Shown here one piece after another: positions 7,400 to 7,797 of a DNA stretch of 7,797 nucleotides. Numbering within the stretch: position 1 is the stretch's first letter; each line of letters begins with the position of its first letter. Location of the stretch: contig BCKQ01000002.1 of NCBI GenBank assembly GCA_001600695.1, forward strand, positions 2,480,052-2,487,848, given 5' to 3'. Position numbers and translations under genes: made by a program. The notes beneath the pieces were generated by a model, which had not been told where the DNA came from, made no database searches, and worked only from the letters and a program-made list of their open reading frames with translations. The DNA comes from Ascoidea asiatica JCM 7603. Lineage: Eukaryota; Fungi; Ascomycota.

Positions 7400-7797
7400 A
7401 AATCGAAGGCCCTTAAGATTTTAGTTAATCTTGATCAAACATCATTTAGTAATTGGTGAGAATGATTGAAAACATTTTAAATTGGATGCTTATTGTGAGT
7501 GAAAGCAAGAAATAATTTATTATCATTTACTTTGTTTTTAATATCAGCATCGTTTAAAGTAGAAAGTTTGTAAACATCATTATCAAAAACCTTTTCACAA
7601 TTTTTGGACCATCATAATATGGTTCAAATTTTTGTTTTATAACTCTGCGTCTTAAAACATAATCACCTACTTCAAAAATTTTAATAAATGCTTTGTCTTC
7701 TTGAAAGTTCTTTTTGTTATCTGCAATGTTTCATTTAATTTTGTAATGTTCCTTTCTGTTTTTATTTAGCTTTTGAATTTGTAAGACTCTTAATTGA
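7400..7797 (-). pseudogene. pol: Degenerate Ty3/gypsy pol fragment: integrase C-terminal GPY/F (SH3-like) module
   Basis: Manual minus-strand translation gives QLRVLQIQKLNKNRKEHYKIK*NIADNKKNFQEDKAFIKIFEVGDYVLRRRVIKQKFEPYYDGPKIV, then a frameshift near 7595-7604, then EKVFDNDVYKLSTLNDADIKNKVNDNKLFLAFTHNKHPI*NVFNHSHQLLNDV*. This matches the gypsy integrase tail pattern FxxGDxV...K..P.Y.GP(F/Y).I......YxL. Stops are at 7733-7731, 7479-7477 and 7437-7435. It is absent from the supplied ORF track. Confidence 0.85.

Overview
Very AT-rich eukaryotic DNA, most consistent with a budding yeast (inferred from the protein family and the intronless, Asn-rich ORF). One real gene is present: a 1345-aa minus-strand ORF (1901-5938) with a fungal-specific transcription factor middle homology region (Fungal_trans type, resembling the Hal9/Tbs1/Mrr1 group) but no Zn(II)2Cys6 DNA-binding cluster. 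The gene lies between two same-orientation copies of one retrotransposon LTR family. The right copy is complete (490 bp, 6893-7382, termini TGATTGT...ACAATCA) and is the 3' LTR of a decayed minus-strand Ty3/gypsy element, whose integrase C-terminus (GPY/F module, with stops and a frameshift) fills 7383-7797. The left copy (1-309) is cut by the window edge and is 282/309 identical with no indels. Each LTR borders a GC-rich, promoter-like block with CGG and CACGTG motifs. I see no proven new system. The best leads are the zinc-cluster-family regulator lacking its DNA-binding domain, its position in an LTR-bracketed and potentially excisable ~7.07-kb unit, and an LTR promoter pointing at it.
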